A stretch of DNA of 64,000 bases from Thermodesulfobacteriota bacterium (GTDB lineage: Bacteria > Desulfobacterota > Desulfobulbia > Desulfobulbales > JBFMBH01), in contig JBFMBH010000004.1 in the NCBI GenBank assembly GCA_040755095.1, positions 12,968-76,967 on the forward strand, in the 5' to 3' direction. This document shows, piece after piece, positions 27,994 to 36,844 of this stretch (within the stretch, counting starts at the first letter, position 1; each line of letters begins with the position of its first letter). The position numbers and the translations under genes were made by a program. The notes under the pieces were generated by a model. The model saw only the letters and a program-made list of their open reading frames with translations, searched no databases and was not told where the DNA came from.

Positions 27994-28272
27994 GAGTGCT
28001 CACGGCAGCCCAGTCGAGATCGGCCACGGGTCGGAGCTTGGCCCAAAAAAGGGCATCTTACTGCGATTCCGGCAGCGCAGCAATCACCGCCCCCCGCCCT
28101 CGGCGCCACCGGGCGGGCTTTGAATTCGGCCGCGAAACCGGGTATAACAGCGGATACGATCGAGCCGCCATGCCGGCGGCCGCCCTTGTCCGCCCGCCAC
28201 CGAGGCCGCTGGCGCTTTTAAGAGAGCCAGGTGGCCCTGCCCGTCAATCAGGCTGTCAGCGAGATCCTGCCC

Positions 28273-29052
28273 ATGCCGTTCACCACGCTTCTTGTCGCCC
28301 TCCTGGCGGTCTTCGGGCCGGTCACCCATGCCATCGCCTTCCAGGAGAGTGGCTGCGGGGTTGGCCAATGCCGGGACTGCCACGAGCTGTCGAAGCCCGA
28401 TGCCGAAAAGCTCCTGAAGGACATGGTCAGCGAGGTGCTGACGGTTCAAGACAGCGAAGTGCCAGGGCTGTGGATGGTGGAAGTCCGCCAGAACGACCGG
28501 AAGTTCCCGGTCTACATCGACTATTCCAAGCGGTTCGTGGTCAGCGGCAATGTCATCCGCATCGCCACCCAGGAGAACCTGACCCGGGAGAAGGTCATCG
28601 AGATGAACCGGGTGGACGTCAGCCAGATCCCCCTGGAGGACGCCCTGGTCCTGGGAAGCCGGCAGGCGGCCAACCGGATCATCGTCTTCGATGACCCGGA
28701 ATGCAGCTACTGCCAGAAGCTGCAGCCGGAGATGCAGGCGGTGGTGGCCCAGCGGCCGGATATCGCGTTCTACATCAAGATGTTCCCTTTGCAGTCCCAC
28801 CCCACCGCCTACGACAAGGCGAAGGCCATCGTCTGTGCCGCCTCGCTTGGCTTGCTGGAGGACAGCCTGGCGGGAAAACCGATTCCGGCTGCCACCTGCG
28901 CCGGCGAGGCTGTGGACCAGAACATCGCCCTGGGCGCCCGCTTGCGGATCAACAGCACCCCTACCCTGATCCTGGGCGACGGCCGGGTTATCCCCGGCTT
29001 CAAGCCCGCCGACCGGATGATCGAGCTGGTGGGCGAGCCGCCGAAGGAGTGA
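28273..29052 (+). CDS. DsbC-family thiol:disulfide interchange protein with N-terminal CxxCH motif
   Basis: The signal peptide is MPFTTLLVALLAVFGPVTHAIA. GCGVGQCRDCHEL follows, then a DsbC-like N-domain and a thioredoxin fold with ECSYCQKL. An alternative start lies at 28231. Confidence 0.8.
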   Translation: MPFTTLLVALLAVFGPVTHAIAFQESGCGVGQCRDCHELSKPDAEKLLKDMVSEVLTVQDSEVPGLWMVEVRQNDRKFPVYIDYSKRFVVSGNVIRIATQENLTREKVIEMNRVDVSQIPLEDALVLGSRQAANRIIVFDDPECSYCQKLQPEMQAVVAQRPDIAFYIKMFPLQSHPTAYDKAKAIVCAASLGLLEDSLAGKPIPAATCAGEAVDQNIALGARLRINSTPTLILGDGRVIPGFKPADRMIELVGEPPKE

Positions 29053-29078
29053 GATCGACCGACCGACAGGAGATCCCC

Positions 29079-29804
29079 ATGCAGGACACCGGCGTCGCCA
29101 CCGTCCGCTACGAATTCCACTTCCCGGACAGTCCGGTGAAGGTCTTCCCCCTGGACATCGACATGGAGCGGCTGGTCCTCCTTGCCAAGGCCGGGGGGGA
29201 GCCGCCGCCCTGGACCGCCCTCACCGACCACCAGTGCCCCTGCTGTCCCCTGCCACCGGACCCGGAGGCGATCTGCCCCCTGGCCGCCAGCATTGCCCGC
29301 ATCGTCGACGCCTTCGCGGACACCCCCTCCTTCGATCAGGTTCATGTCCGCTGCATCACCGCCGACCGCACCTATGCCAAGGACACCTCCGTCCAGGACG
29401 GCCTGTACTCCATCCTCGGCCTGGTGATGGCCACCAGCGGCTGCCCGGTCATGCAGCCCTTCAAGCCCATGGCCCGCTTCCACCTGCCGTTCTCCACGGT
29501 GGAGGAGACCATGGTCCGGGCCATCTCCTTCTACCTCTTAGGCCAGTACTTCCGGTTCAAGGAAGGTCATCCCCCGGACCTCGGCCTCAAGGAGCTGGAC
29601 GCTCATTACAGCCGGGTGCAGCAGATCAACGAGTCCATCCTGCAACGGATCCGGGCCATCTCCTCCCGGGACGCCGACCGCAACGCCATGACCATCCTTC
29701 ACTCCCTGGCGCAGATGCTCTCCATGGAGATCGACGCCAACCTGAGCAGCCTGGAGCCCTTCTTCACCCCCGCCGACCCGGCCGGACCACCAGGCCCGGC
29801 CTGA
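29079..29804 (+). CDS. hypothetical cytoplasmic protein (CPCCP motif)
   Basis: 241-aa ORF with ATG at 29079 and coding-like composition. It contains HQCPCCPL and ICPLAASI. I recognise no family. Confidence 0.6.
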   Translation: MQDTGVATVRYEFHFPDSPVKVFPLDIDMERLVLLAKAGGEPPPWTALTDHQCPCCPLPPDPEAICPLAASIARIVDAFADTPSFDQVHVRCITADRTYAKDTSVQDGLYSILGLVMATSGCPVMQPFKPMARFHLPFSTVEETMVRAISFYLLGQYFRFKEGHPPDLGLKELDAHYSRVQQINESILQRIRAISSRDADRNAMTILHSLAQMLSMEIDANLSSLEPFFTPADPAGPPGPA

Positions 29805-29897
29805 AGGAGACAACGACCGCCGCCCCGAGCCGCTGCACCCGTTGCCGGCGAGACCGAAGCGGAGCGCTACCCGCCGGAGGTGTCGTGGCACGCACCC

Positions 29898-29939
29898 AAA
29901 AAAAGGCAGGGCCGCCCGGAGATGAGCGGCCCTGCCTTT
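29898..29939 (-). terminator. rho-independent terminator (possibly bidirectional)
   Basis: The stem GGCAGGGCCGC/GCGGCCCTGCC has a 10-nt loop, with A7 on one side and T3 on the other. On the minus strand it is followed by U7, downstream of the PEP-CTERM gene at 29967. Confidence 0.8.
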
Positions 29940-29966
29940 GGGGGCAGAGGGGAAACGAGCCCCGTG

Positions 29967-30560
29967 CTATCTCTGTCGCCGCCGGCAGGCCAGGCCGGCA
30001 AGGCCAGAGCCCAGAAGGAGGATGGAGGCAGGCGCGGGCACCGGGGTCCCGGCATCCGAGGAGACTACCAGCTCCGTCACGCGCCAGGATTCATCGTTGA
30101 TGCCCTGAAATCCAGAGCCATAGCCATAGAAGGAGAGGCTCAACGTGGTCGCCGTGTGGGCAAAGGTGAAGCCGTTGTTGTAGTTCTGGAAGTAGCGATC
30201 GATTGGCCCCCAGCTGTTGATGCCGTTGTAGTTGCCGATTCCATCGGCGGTATCGGTGTTGGACTCGGCCCCGCCGAAGTTGTCAAATGTCCAGCCCTGA
30301 GCCGCCCCGTCCACACTGAAACCGAAGGCGTCTGGTGACCAGCCACCATCCGAGCCATCCCAGCTGTCCATGATGAAGAGGTCAAAATTGACGGTGACCG
30401 TTGAATGTGGCGCCAGGCCACTCAGATTGATGGTCACGGCATCTGTGGTATGGTCGCCCAGGTTGGGATTGGAGTAAATAACCGTCGATGCTTGTGCCAG
30501 GTTGGTCATGCCGAGCATCAAGAATCCGGTTGCCAATGCGGCCCGCAGCAGTCTCTTCAT
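29967..30560 (-). CDS. PEP-CTERM sorting-domain secreted protein (unrelated mature domain)
   Basis: The signal peptide is MKRLLRAALATGFLMLGMTNLAQA. The C-terminus is TPVPAPASILLLGSGLAGLACRRRQR. The ATG at 30560 follows GGAGCGAGACCACG. Confidence 0.85.
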   Translation of the reverse strand: MKRLLRAALATGFLMLGMTNLAQASTVIYSNPNLGDHTTDAVTINLSGLAPHSTVTVNFDLFIMDSWDGSDGGWSPDAFGFSVDGAAQGWTFDNFGGAESNTDTADGIGNYNGINSWGPIDRYFQNYNNGFTFAHTATTLSLSFYGYGSGFQGINDESWRVTELVVSSDAGTPVPAPASILLLGSGLAGLACRRRQR

Positions 30561-30684
30561 CGTGGTCTCGCTCCTTCGGTTGCCTTGTTCTGCCAAGTGT
30601 GAGAGTCCCCGCCCTGGGGGGGAGGCGGCCGATTAGCATCTTTGGCCGCCACGACGGCTCAGGGTGCCGCCTGCGCAGAAGGCT

Positions 30685-30701
30685 ATGCATAAAGGGCGCC
30701 A
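30685..30701 (-). promoter_or_regulatory. sigma-54-type -24/-12 promoter (TGGCGC-N6-ATGCA)
   Basis: The minus strand reads TGGCGCCCTTTATGCAT with GG/GC spacing as in the consensus. It lies about 125 nt upstream of the start codon at 30560. Confidence 0.55.
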
Positions 30702-30796
30702 CCCTGCCGAGCGGGAGGTCTTCTTTCAACATCCAGCAATTTCAACCAGTTGGTCGGATGGTTGCCGGCTGCCCGACAAGGAGTCCATTCGGCAAT

Positions 30797-30831
30797 CCGG
30801 AATAGCCGTTCGGAAACGCGGAAGCCGGAAT
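30797..30831 (-). promoter_or_regulatory. candidate enhancer (UAS): CGGAA-repeat element
   Basis: The plus strand reads CCGGAATAGCCGTTCGGAAACGCGGAAGCCGGAAT. Its first 20 nt match 11895-11914 at 18/20 positions. It is centred about 112 bp upstream of the -24 element. Confidence 0.5.
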
Positions 30832-31175
30832 CCCCTTCCCCACCCGTCCTGCCCCCCCGGCATCGCATGGGCATATCTCTCCTTGGCGTGTTCCATGGGG
30901 GCTGCGGCCGAGGCACCGTTGTCCTGGCCGGGATGTCCATCGTATGCCTCCCGGAAGCCGCGCCGGTCAAGCCAGCTGCTGGCTGCGGATCATTGCCAAG
31001 AGCGGTCCGCTGGGGCAGATGAAGGGGCGGTTGCCGCATGCCGGAAAGCCACCCCTCCGGAGCTTGCGGCCGGCAGCGGATCCGCCAACCCTGCACAGGG
31101 GCACTGCACGAGCCATGACCGGGTCGTCTGCGCCTCTCCTCGTGCCTTGGCCGGCGAGCGGAGGCCTCGGCGCAT

Positions 31176-31209
31176 AAAAAAAGACCCCAGGGGGCAACCC
31201 CCCGGGGCC
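31176..31209 (-). terminator. rho-independent terminator of ppaC
   Basis: The minus strand reads GGCCCCGGGGGG-ttg-CCCCCTGGGGTC followed by U7, 36 nt after the ppaC stop. Confidence 0.8.
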
Positions 31210-31244
31210 TTGGACCGTGTGGCCGAACAGCGGCGGAAAGGATC

Positions 31245-32165
31245 TCAGCAGCCGAAGGCCTTCTGCAGCGGCGGCACGGTCTGCTTCTTGCGGCTCATCA
31301 TGCCGGGCAGCCACATGGACTCGCCCTGGAGCTTGCCACCAAAGGCCTTCTCGATGAGGGCCGGATCCTCGGAGACCACCAGAAGATCGGTGCCTTCCTT
31401 GACCACGTCGGTGAGCATGAACAGGACCGAGTGGCGGCCGTCGGCCTTGAGACCCTGGAGGGCCTTGACCAAGTCGGAGCGGACCCCAGCGGCCTGGTCG
31501 ATGGTCGCCAGCTCCAACTGGCCGATGCCCACCTTCTTGCCGTTCATGTCGAAGTCCTTGAAGTCGCGGTTCAAGAGGTCGTTGATCGGCACGCCGTCGA
31601 TGGAGGACTTGGCCTTGAGCATCTCCATGAACACCGCGTCCCGGTCGGTGATGCCGGCGATCTTGGCGAGCTCGGCCACCGCCGCCTTGTCCTCGTCGGT
31701 GCAGGTGGGGGACTTGAAGTTGACGGTATCGCTCAGGATGGCGCACAGCATGATGCCGGCCATCTGCTTGGAGATGGCGACGTTGGCGCTCTTGTACATC
31801 TCGGTGATGACGGTGCAGGTGCAGCCCACCGGCTTGGCGTAGAAGAAAATGGGGTTGTTGGTGGTGACGTCGCCGATCTTGTGATGATCCACGATCTCGA
31901 CGACGTCATTGGCGCTCATGTTGGCCGGGCCCTGGGCCAGGTCGCTGAAATCCACCAGAATGATCTTCTTGCCGGCGGCGTCGGTCATGATCTCCGGGGT
32001 CGCGGCCCCGAACTTGCTGAGCACCACCTGGGCCTCGGGATTGAGCGGTCCCTGCATGACCGGCACGGCATCCATGCCCTGGGCCTTGCGCAGGTTGGCC
32101 AGGGCGATCGCCGCCGCCACAGAATCGGTATCCGGACTCTTGTGCCCCACCACATAGACAGACAT
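31245..32165 (-). CDS. ppaC: manganese-dependent inorganic pyrophosphatase (family II, DHH)
   Basis: MSVYVVGHKSPDTDSVAAAIA...VDHHKIGD...DGRHSVLFMLTD shows the DHH/DHHA2 motifs. An RBS AAGGAGGAG precedes the ATG at 32165. Confidence 0.92.
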   Translation of the reverse strand: MSVYVVGHKSPDTDSVAAAIALANLRKAQGMDAVPVMQGPLNPEAQVVLSKFGAATPEIMTDAAGKKIILVDFSDLAQGPANMSANDVVEIVDHHKIGDVTTNNPIFFYAKPVGCTCTVITEMYKSANVAISKQMAGIMLCAILSDTVNFKSPTCTDEDKAAVAELAKIAGITDRDAVFMEMLKAKSSIDGVPINDLLNRDFKDFDMNGKKVGIGQLELATIDQAAGVRSDLVKALQGLKADGRHSVLFMLTDVVKEGTDLLVVSEDPALIEKAFGGKLQGESMWLPGMMSRKKQTVPPLQKAFGC

Positions 32166-32366
32166 CGTACGCTCCTCCTTTGCTTCGTGTGATTTGGCTC
32201 CCTCAGCCGCGATCCACCACATCCGTCGGGGTCCGGGGGACGGATCCCGCATAGCCCTGGTCCCTGCCCGCCGGAGTGACGCGGCACCTCTGCCGGCGAT
32301 GAGGACCCATTCAGTTGTCAACAGAGGTCGTCGGCATCTTAGTGTCCGGAATGGCCGGCGTCAAGT

Positions 32367-32410
32367 CAAAAAAGGGGCCGGCATCCGGCACCGGAAGCGG
32401 CCCTTTTCGG
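32367..32410. terminator. orphan bidirectional terminator-like hairpin in the ppaC-mazG intergenic region
   Basis: The sequence is A6-GGGGCCG...(17-nt loop)...CGGCCC-TTTT. The minus-strand reading ends in U6. No gene ends next to it on either strand. Confidence 0.45.
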
Positions 32411-32541
32411 CCTTGCAAAACAGTACCCCGGGTATAGATTGGGGGGCCGTCGCGCGGTCAATCCGCAGCCAGCGGACCTGCACGGACGTTCAGAACTGAG
32501 GCGGCGCGCCAGGCCAGGAGCCGGAAAAGAGGAGGGGGGAG

Positions 32542-33246
32542 ATGAGCCAAGCCAACGAGGGGGCGGGAGCCAAGCTGGAAGAGCTCATCCGGATCGTCGC
32601 CCGGCTGCGGGGGCCGGAGGGCTGTCCCTGGGACCAGCGCCAGGATGACGAGAGCATGAAAGGCCACCTCATCGAGGAGACCTACGAGCTGGCCGAGGCC
32701 CTGGATCGCCAGGATCCCGGCCACGTCTGCGAGGAGCTGGGCGATGTGCTGTTCCACATCGTCTTTCTAAGCCAGCTCTACGCCGAGCGGGGGGCCTTCG
32801 CCATGCCGGCGGTGGCCGCCGGCATCATCGCCAAGATGATCCGGCGCCACCCCCACGTCTTCGGCAGCGAGCGCCTGGCAGACGAGGCCGCGCAGCGGGC
32901 CGCCTGGCAGCGGCTGAAGGCGGCGGAAGGCCGGGCCGACCGTCTGGCCTCCATCCCCCGCACCCTGCCCGCCCTGCGCCGGGCGCAGAAGATCCTCTCC
33001 CGGGCCACGGCGGACGGCCTGCCGCTGCCGGATCTCACCGGCACCCTGGCGTCTCTGGCTGCGCCGCCACCGGAGGCAACCCCGGCCGATGATGCCCGCC
33101 AGCTGGCCGACGCCCTCCTGGCCCTGGTGGAGCGGGCCAGGAGGGCCGGTCTCAATGCCGAGGAGATCCTGGCCCGCCGCCTGGAGGCCCTGATCGTCGA
33201 GCTGGGGACCGGCGGCGACGGGGCCGTGGTCCCGGCCACCGATTGA
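32542..33246 (+). CDS. mazG: nucleoside triphosphate pyrophosphohydrolase MazG
   Basis: LRGPEGCPWDQRQDDESMKGHLIEETYELAEALD...ELGDVLFHIVF is the MazG signature. Confidence 0.9.
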   Translation: MSQANEGAGAKLEELIRIVARLRGPEGCPWDQRQDDESMKGHLIEETYELAEALDRQDPGHVCEELGDVLFHIVFLSQLYAERGAFAMPAVAAGIIAKMIRRHPHVFGSERLADEAAQRAAWQRLKAAEGRADRLASIPRTLPALRRAQKILSRATADGLPLPDLTGTLASLAAPPPEATPADDARQLADALLALVERARRAGLNAEEILARRLEALIVELGTGGDGAVVPATD

Positions 33247-33302
33247 CCGGTCGGCGCTGGCCGGCCACAAGCCAGCAGGCTGCCGGAGCGGCTGAGCCTG
33301 CC

Positions 33303-36014
33303 TCAGGGCGCGGTGGCGATGGAGTCGATCTCGATGGCGCAGCCGCTGGTGACCGTGGGATCCAGGCGCAGGCTGCGGATCTCCCGGCCGGCCCACTCGC
33401 CATGGGCCGCCGTGTCGATCAGGTAGTCGTGGAACTGGCCGTCGGCGGTGACCGCGAAGTTAATCTTCCTCAGCTCCGACTCGGACAGAGCAGTGCTGTG
33501 GGTCCAGAAGAGCTGGCCGGTGGTGGTGGCCGCCGCGCTGCAGCTGGTTTTCATGCGCACCGCCAGCAGGGGCACCTCGTTGCCGGCAAAGGACATGCCG
33601 CTGCGTCGCAGGTAAGGATCGGTGCCGGTGCTGGAGGTGGCCAGCGCGCCACCCGACACCACCAGGGAGGTCAGGTGGGTGTTCTTCACCCAGCCCTCGG
33701 TGTCACCGGCCGCCTCGAACTGGAAGCTCACCGGGCTCGCCGCGGTGGTGACCGCCACCACGTTGCTGCTGGCGGATTCCCCCTGACCGTTGACCGCCTT
33801 GACCCGGAGCCAGTAGCTGGTGGCCCGGGCAAGCCCGGAGACGGTGCTGGTCACGAAGTTGCTGCCATTGTCCGCTGCCACGACCCAGGTGCTGCCATCG
33901 GTGGACCGCTCGACGACGAAGCCGTCCTCGTCGTCGGCATGGTCTGTCCACCGGAGGTCGACCCGGTTGTGGAAGACAGCGGACGCCACCAGGCCGCTGG
34001 GGGCGGCGGGCGGCGCCGCGGCCGGGGCAGGCGGCGGTACCGTCTGGATGAAATCGATGGCCATGGCGGCGCCGGCCACGTCCGTGGGATCCAGGCGCAG
34101 GCTGCGGATGTCCTTGCCGGCCCACTGGGGATGGCCGGACAGATCCAGGGCGTACAGATGGAACTGGCCGTCGACGATGGGGGTGAAGGCCAGGGCCTTG
34201 GACATCGATTCTGCGGTGTCGCTGGTGGTGGTCCAAAGAACATGGCCGACGCTGCCAGCGGAGACCTTCATCTACGGGGTATTGGGCTCCAGGCCCTGGT
34301 CGACAAAGCTGCTGGAGGTGCCGCCCATAGCGTGGTTGATGGCCGGCGCAGTGCCGATCTGCACCCAGCCGCCGGTGCCGGTGAGGGATCTTTCCACCGT
34401 GAAGCCCTCTTCGTAGTCCAGCCGGCCATGGGGCAGGTGACGCCAGGAGAAGGCGAGCCCATTGACCGAGGTGCTGGACATGGTCAGGGCCGTGGGCGCC
34501 GGCGGCGGCAGCTCGGCCGGCGGCAGCTCGTTGCGCCAATCGATGGGATTGCTGAACCGCCAGGAGATGTGGCAGGCGTTGCTGGAGCAGGTGCCACCGC
34601 CGACCTTGGGCTGATAAACAAAGCTCAATGGCTGCCAGGCCTGGTGGGCGAAGAACTGGGGGGCGGCCACCACGTCCATCCGGCCATTGACATGGATCGA
34701 CCGGTCCCGGATCGAGATGGCGCCGGCAGCTGGATCCTTCTGCACACTGGTGGCATGGCACAGCTCGCAGGTGCAGCCCCGGGAGATGTGAGTCCAGTGG
34801 GCGTCGCCGGCCGGCGGCCGGCCGTGGCAGTTGTTGCAGGTGTCGCTGTCCCCCTGGGGATCGGAAGCGGAGCCATCCCAGGCCAGTGAGCGGCCGGTGA
34901 CCCGGCGGCCGTCCACACTGCTCTTGCCGTCGCTGTGGCAGTAGACGTTGTCACAGGTCAGGGCATCGTCCTTGACCACCGCGGTGCCGTTGGTGGCCTG
35001 TAGTCGTAGCCGGTGACCGCCGGGGACACCGCGGTCTGGCCGTGGAAGATGGTATTTTCTCCAGCGCGGCCGAAGGTGGCAAAGCCGATCTGGATCCTGG
35101 AGTCATCGTAGACCGGGCTGGCCGGCATCCCGCCGCTATGGCAGTTGTCGCAGGCAAAACCGTAGCCGGTGGCCTGGTCGACATGGATCCGGTGGGCGCC
35201 GGCGGACGCCGAGCCGGTGGGCGACGGGATGTCCACCAGGCCGTCCGGGCTGCCCGGGGCGTCGGTTACCGGCGGGTAGCCGTGGCAGGCCAGGCAGCTG
35301 GGCGCAAAGCCGGTGGCGTGGTCATGGCAGTCGGTGCAGGTGCGGCCGCTGAAATGGTCGGCCAGCATGGCGTTGGCCCGCCAGTGGTCGGTGGCGGTGT
35401 GGCAGACCTGGCAGACCCCGTCCGGGCTGGGGTCGGCCGCCGGATCGCCACCATCGTCGGCAAAGCCGTTCGTGCCCTCACGGTCGAAGAGCTTCACCGG
35501 CTTCAGGCTGTGGTCCGCCGGGTTCTCCATCTCCTCCTTGACATACTGGCCGTAGAGGATGGCGAAGGCGTCGCCGCTGGCCACCTGGCCGGCATAGGCC
35601 GGGATGGCGGCGATATTGCCGCTCACTGTGATGGAGGCGGCGTCGGCGGCAAGGATCTCGAAGCTCACCTCCGGGGCCGCCAGGCTGGGCAGAAGGATGA
35701 GACCGCGGCCCGGTCCGGTCTTGTGGCTCCAACGGCCAGGATCCGCCCAGGCGGCCCGTGCGGTAGACATTGGCGTCGTGGCACTCCTGGCAGGAGGCAG
35801 CCGGCAGCACCGTCCGGTCGTGGCGGGCCTCATGGCTTGCGCCGTGACAGGCGGCGCAGTTGGCGGCCTGCACATGGCTGGCCTGGTGACAATCCGTGCA
35901 CTCCACCGCCAGGGCGTAAGCCAGGCCGGGCGCCCCGGCGAGCCATCCCAGAAGACCGCCCTGCACCAGGACCGCCACCACGGACAAGATGCCGCTCCGC
36001 CTTCCCTGTCGCAT
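33303..36014 (-). pseudogene. large secreted multihaem cytochrome c / FN3-domain protein, disrupted by 2 frameshifts and 1 in-frame TAG
   Basis: An RBS GGGGGAAGG precedes the ATG at 36014, and the signal peptide is MRQGRRSGILSVVAVLVQGGLLGWLAGAPGLAYA. Coding sense moves from the frame of ORF 35478..36128 to the frame of 34958..36073 near 35740-35765, then to the frame of 34272..34979 near 34990-35005. A TAG lies at 34272-34274. The gene carries 9 CxxCH and 2 CxxxxCH motifs, two FN3-like domains and a duplicated C-terminal domain. Confidence 0.7.
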
Positions 36015-36274
36015 CCGCCTTCCCCCTTTCCCGGATGGATGAGCTGCCGCTCGCGGCCACCGGCCCCGAACACGCCGCCGGGGCGTACCGCATCGTTCTC
36101 TTGTCCAAAAAGCGGCCGGCGGGCTCAATTGGCGGAACGCTCATTTCGGATTAAGCGGAGGACGGGTGACCGGTGGGAAGGTTGCGCGGGGGAGCGACCG
36201 GAGCTCGCGCCCAGCCGGCATGGCGGGGTACCTCCTGGCCGGGGCCGGCGGCCGCCGTGCCCTGTTGCCTGGGG

Positions 36275-36844
36275 CTAGAGGATCTCCATGGAATCGATGA
36301 TGGCGGTCACCTCGGGCAGATAGCGCTCGTAATGGTAGAGGTCGCTGCCGGCGTACAGCACCAGATGCAGCCGGCGGCCTTGGACGGCGCCGGCCACCAG
36401 ACCGCGGTAGCGCAGGCCGGACCGGGTGGCAAAGGCCATCTGGAAGCGGAAGCCTTCCAGGGTGCCGAAACGGGCCGGCTTGAGATCGCTCTTTTCGATG
36501 CCGTGGCAGTCACTCCGGGCCAGGGTCGCCTCCACCAGGTCCATGATCTCCAGAGGCGTCATGGTGTCCGCAAAGGCCGGCAGATCCCTGGTTGGCCCGA
36601 AGCCCAGATCCAGACCCTCGCCGCTGTCTACTGCCGGGACAAAGGTCAGCCGGTGCAAGGCCGGGCCGTCGATGGTCCAGAAGACCACCCCGTGGTCCTC
36701 GTGCATGCTCCAGGCCAAGCGGGGCTGCACCCGGAAGACCTCGCCCACGGTCTGCGAGGTGCCGGACTCCACCAGGGTGAAGTAGCTGCAGCCGCTCATC
36801 ATGAGCAGCAGGACCGGGATGAGGCGGACGATGGCACGCTTCAT
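36275..36844 (-). CDS. lipoprotein, unknown function
   Basis: MKRAIVRLIPVLLLMMSGC is a lipobox signal. The product is 189 aa. The ATG overlaps the upstream M48 gene stop (ATGA). Confidence 0.75.
   Translation of the reverse strand: MKRAIVRLIPVLLLMMSGCSYFTLVESGTSQTVGEVFRVQPRLAWSMHEDHGVVFWTIDGPALHRLTFVPAVDSGEGLDLGFGPTRDLPAFADTMTPLEIMDLVEATLARSDCHGIEKSDLKPARFGTLEGFRFQMAFATRSGLRYRGLVAGAVQGRRLHLVLYAGSDLYHYERYLPEVTAIIDSMEIL

Noticed and set aside
30683-30941. 85-aa minus-strand ORF (MDIPARTTVPRPQ...) with a GGAGG RBS, inside ORF 30683..31096.
   Set aside because: Its Arg/Pro-rich composition is not coding-like. It spans the proposed enhancer and -24/-12 promoter of the PEP-CTERM gene. It is probably a chance ORF, though it is not formally excluded.
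34272-34274. TAG read as pyrrolysine or another recoding signal.
   Set aside because: No pyl genes or recoding structure are visible in the window. The same gene carries two frameshifts. The stop coincides with an apparent internal deletion junction, so decay is the simpler explanation.
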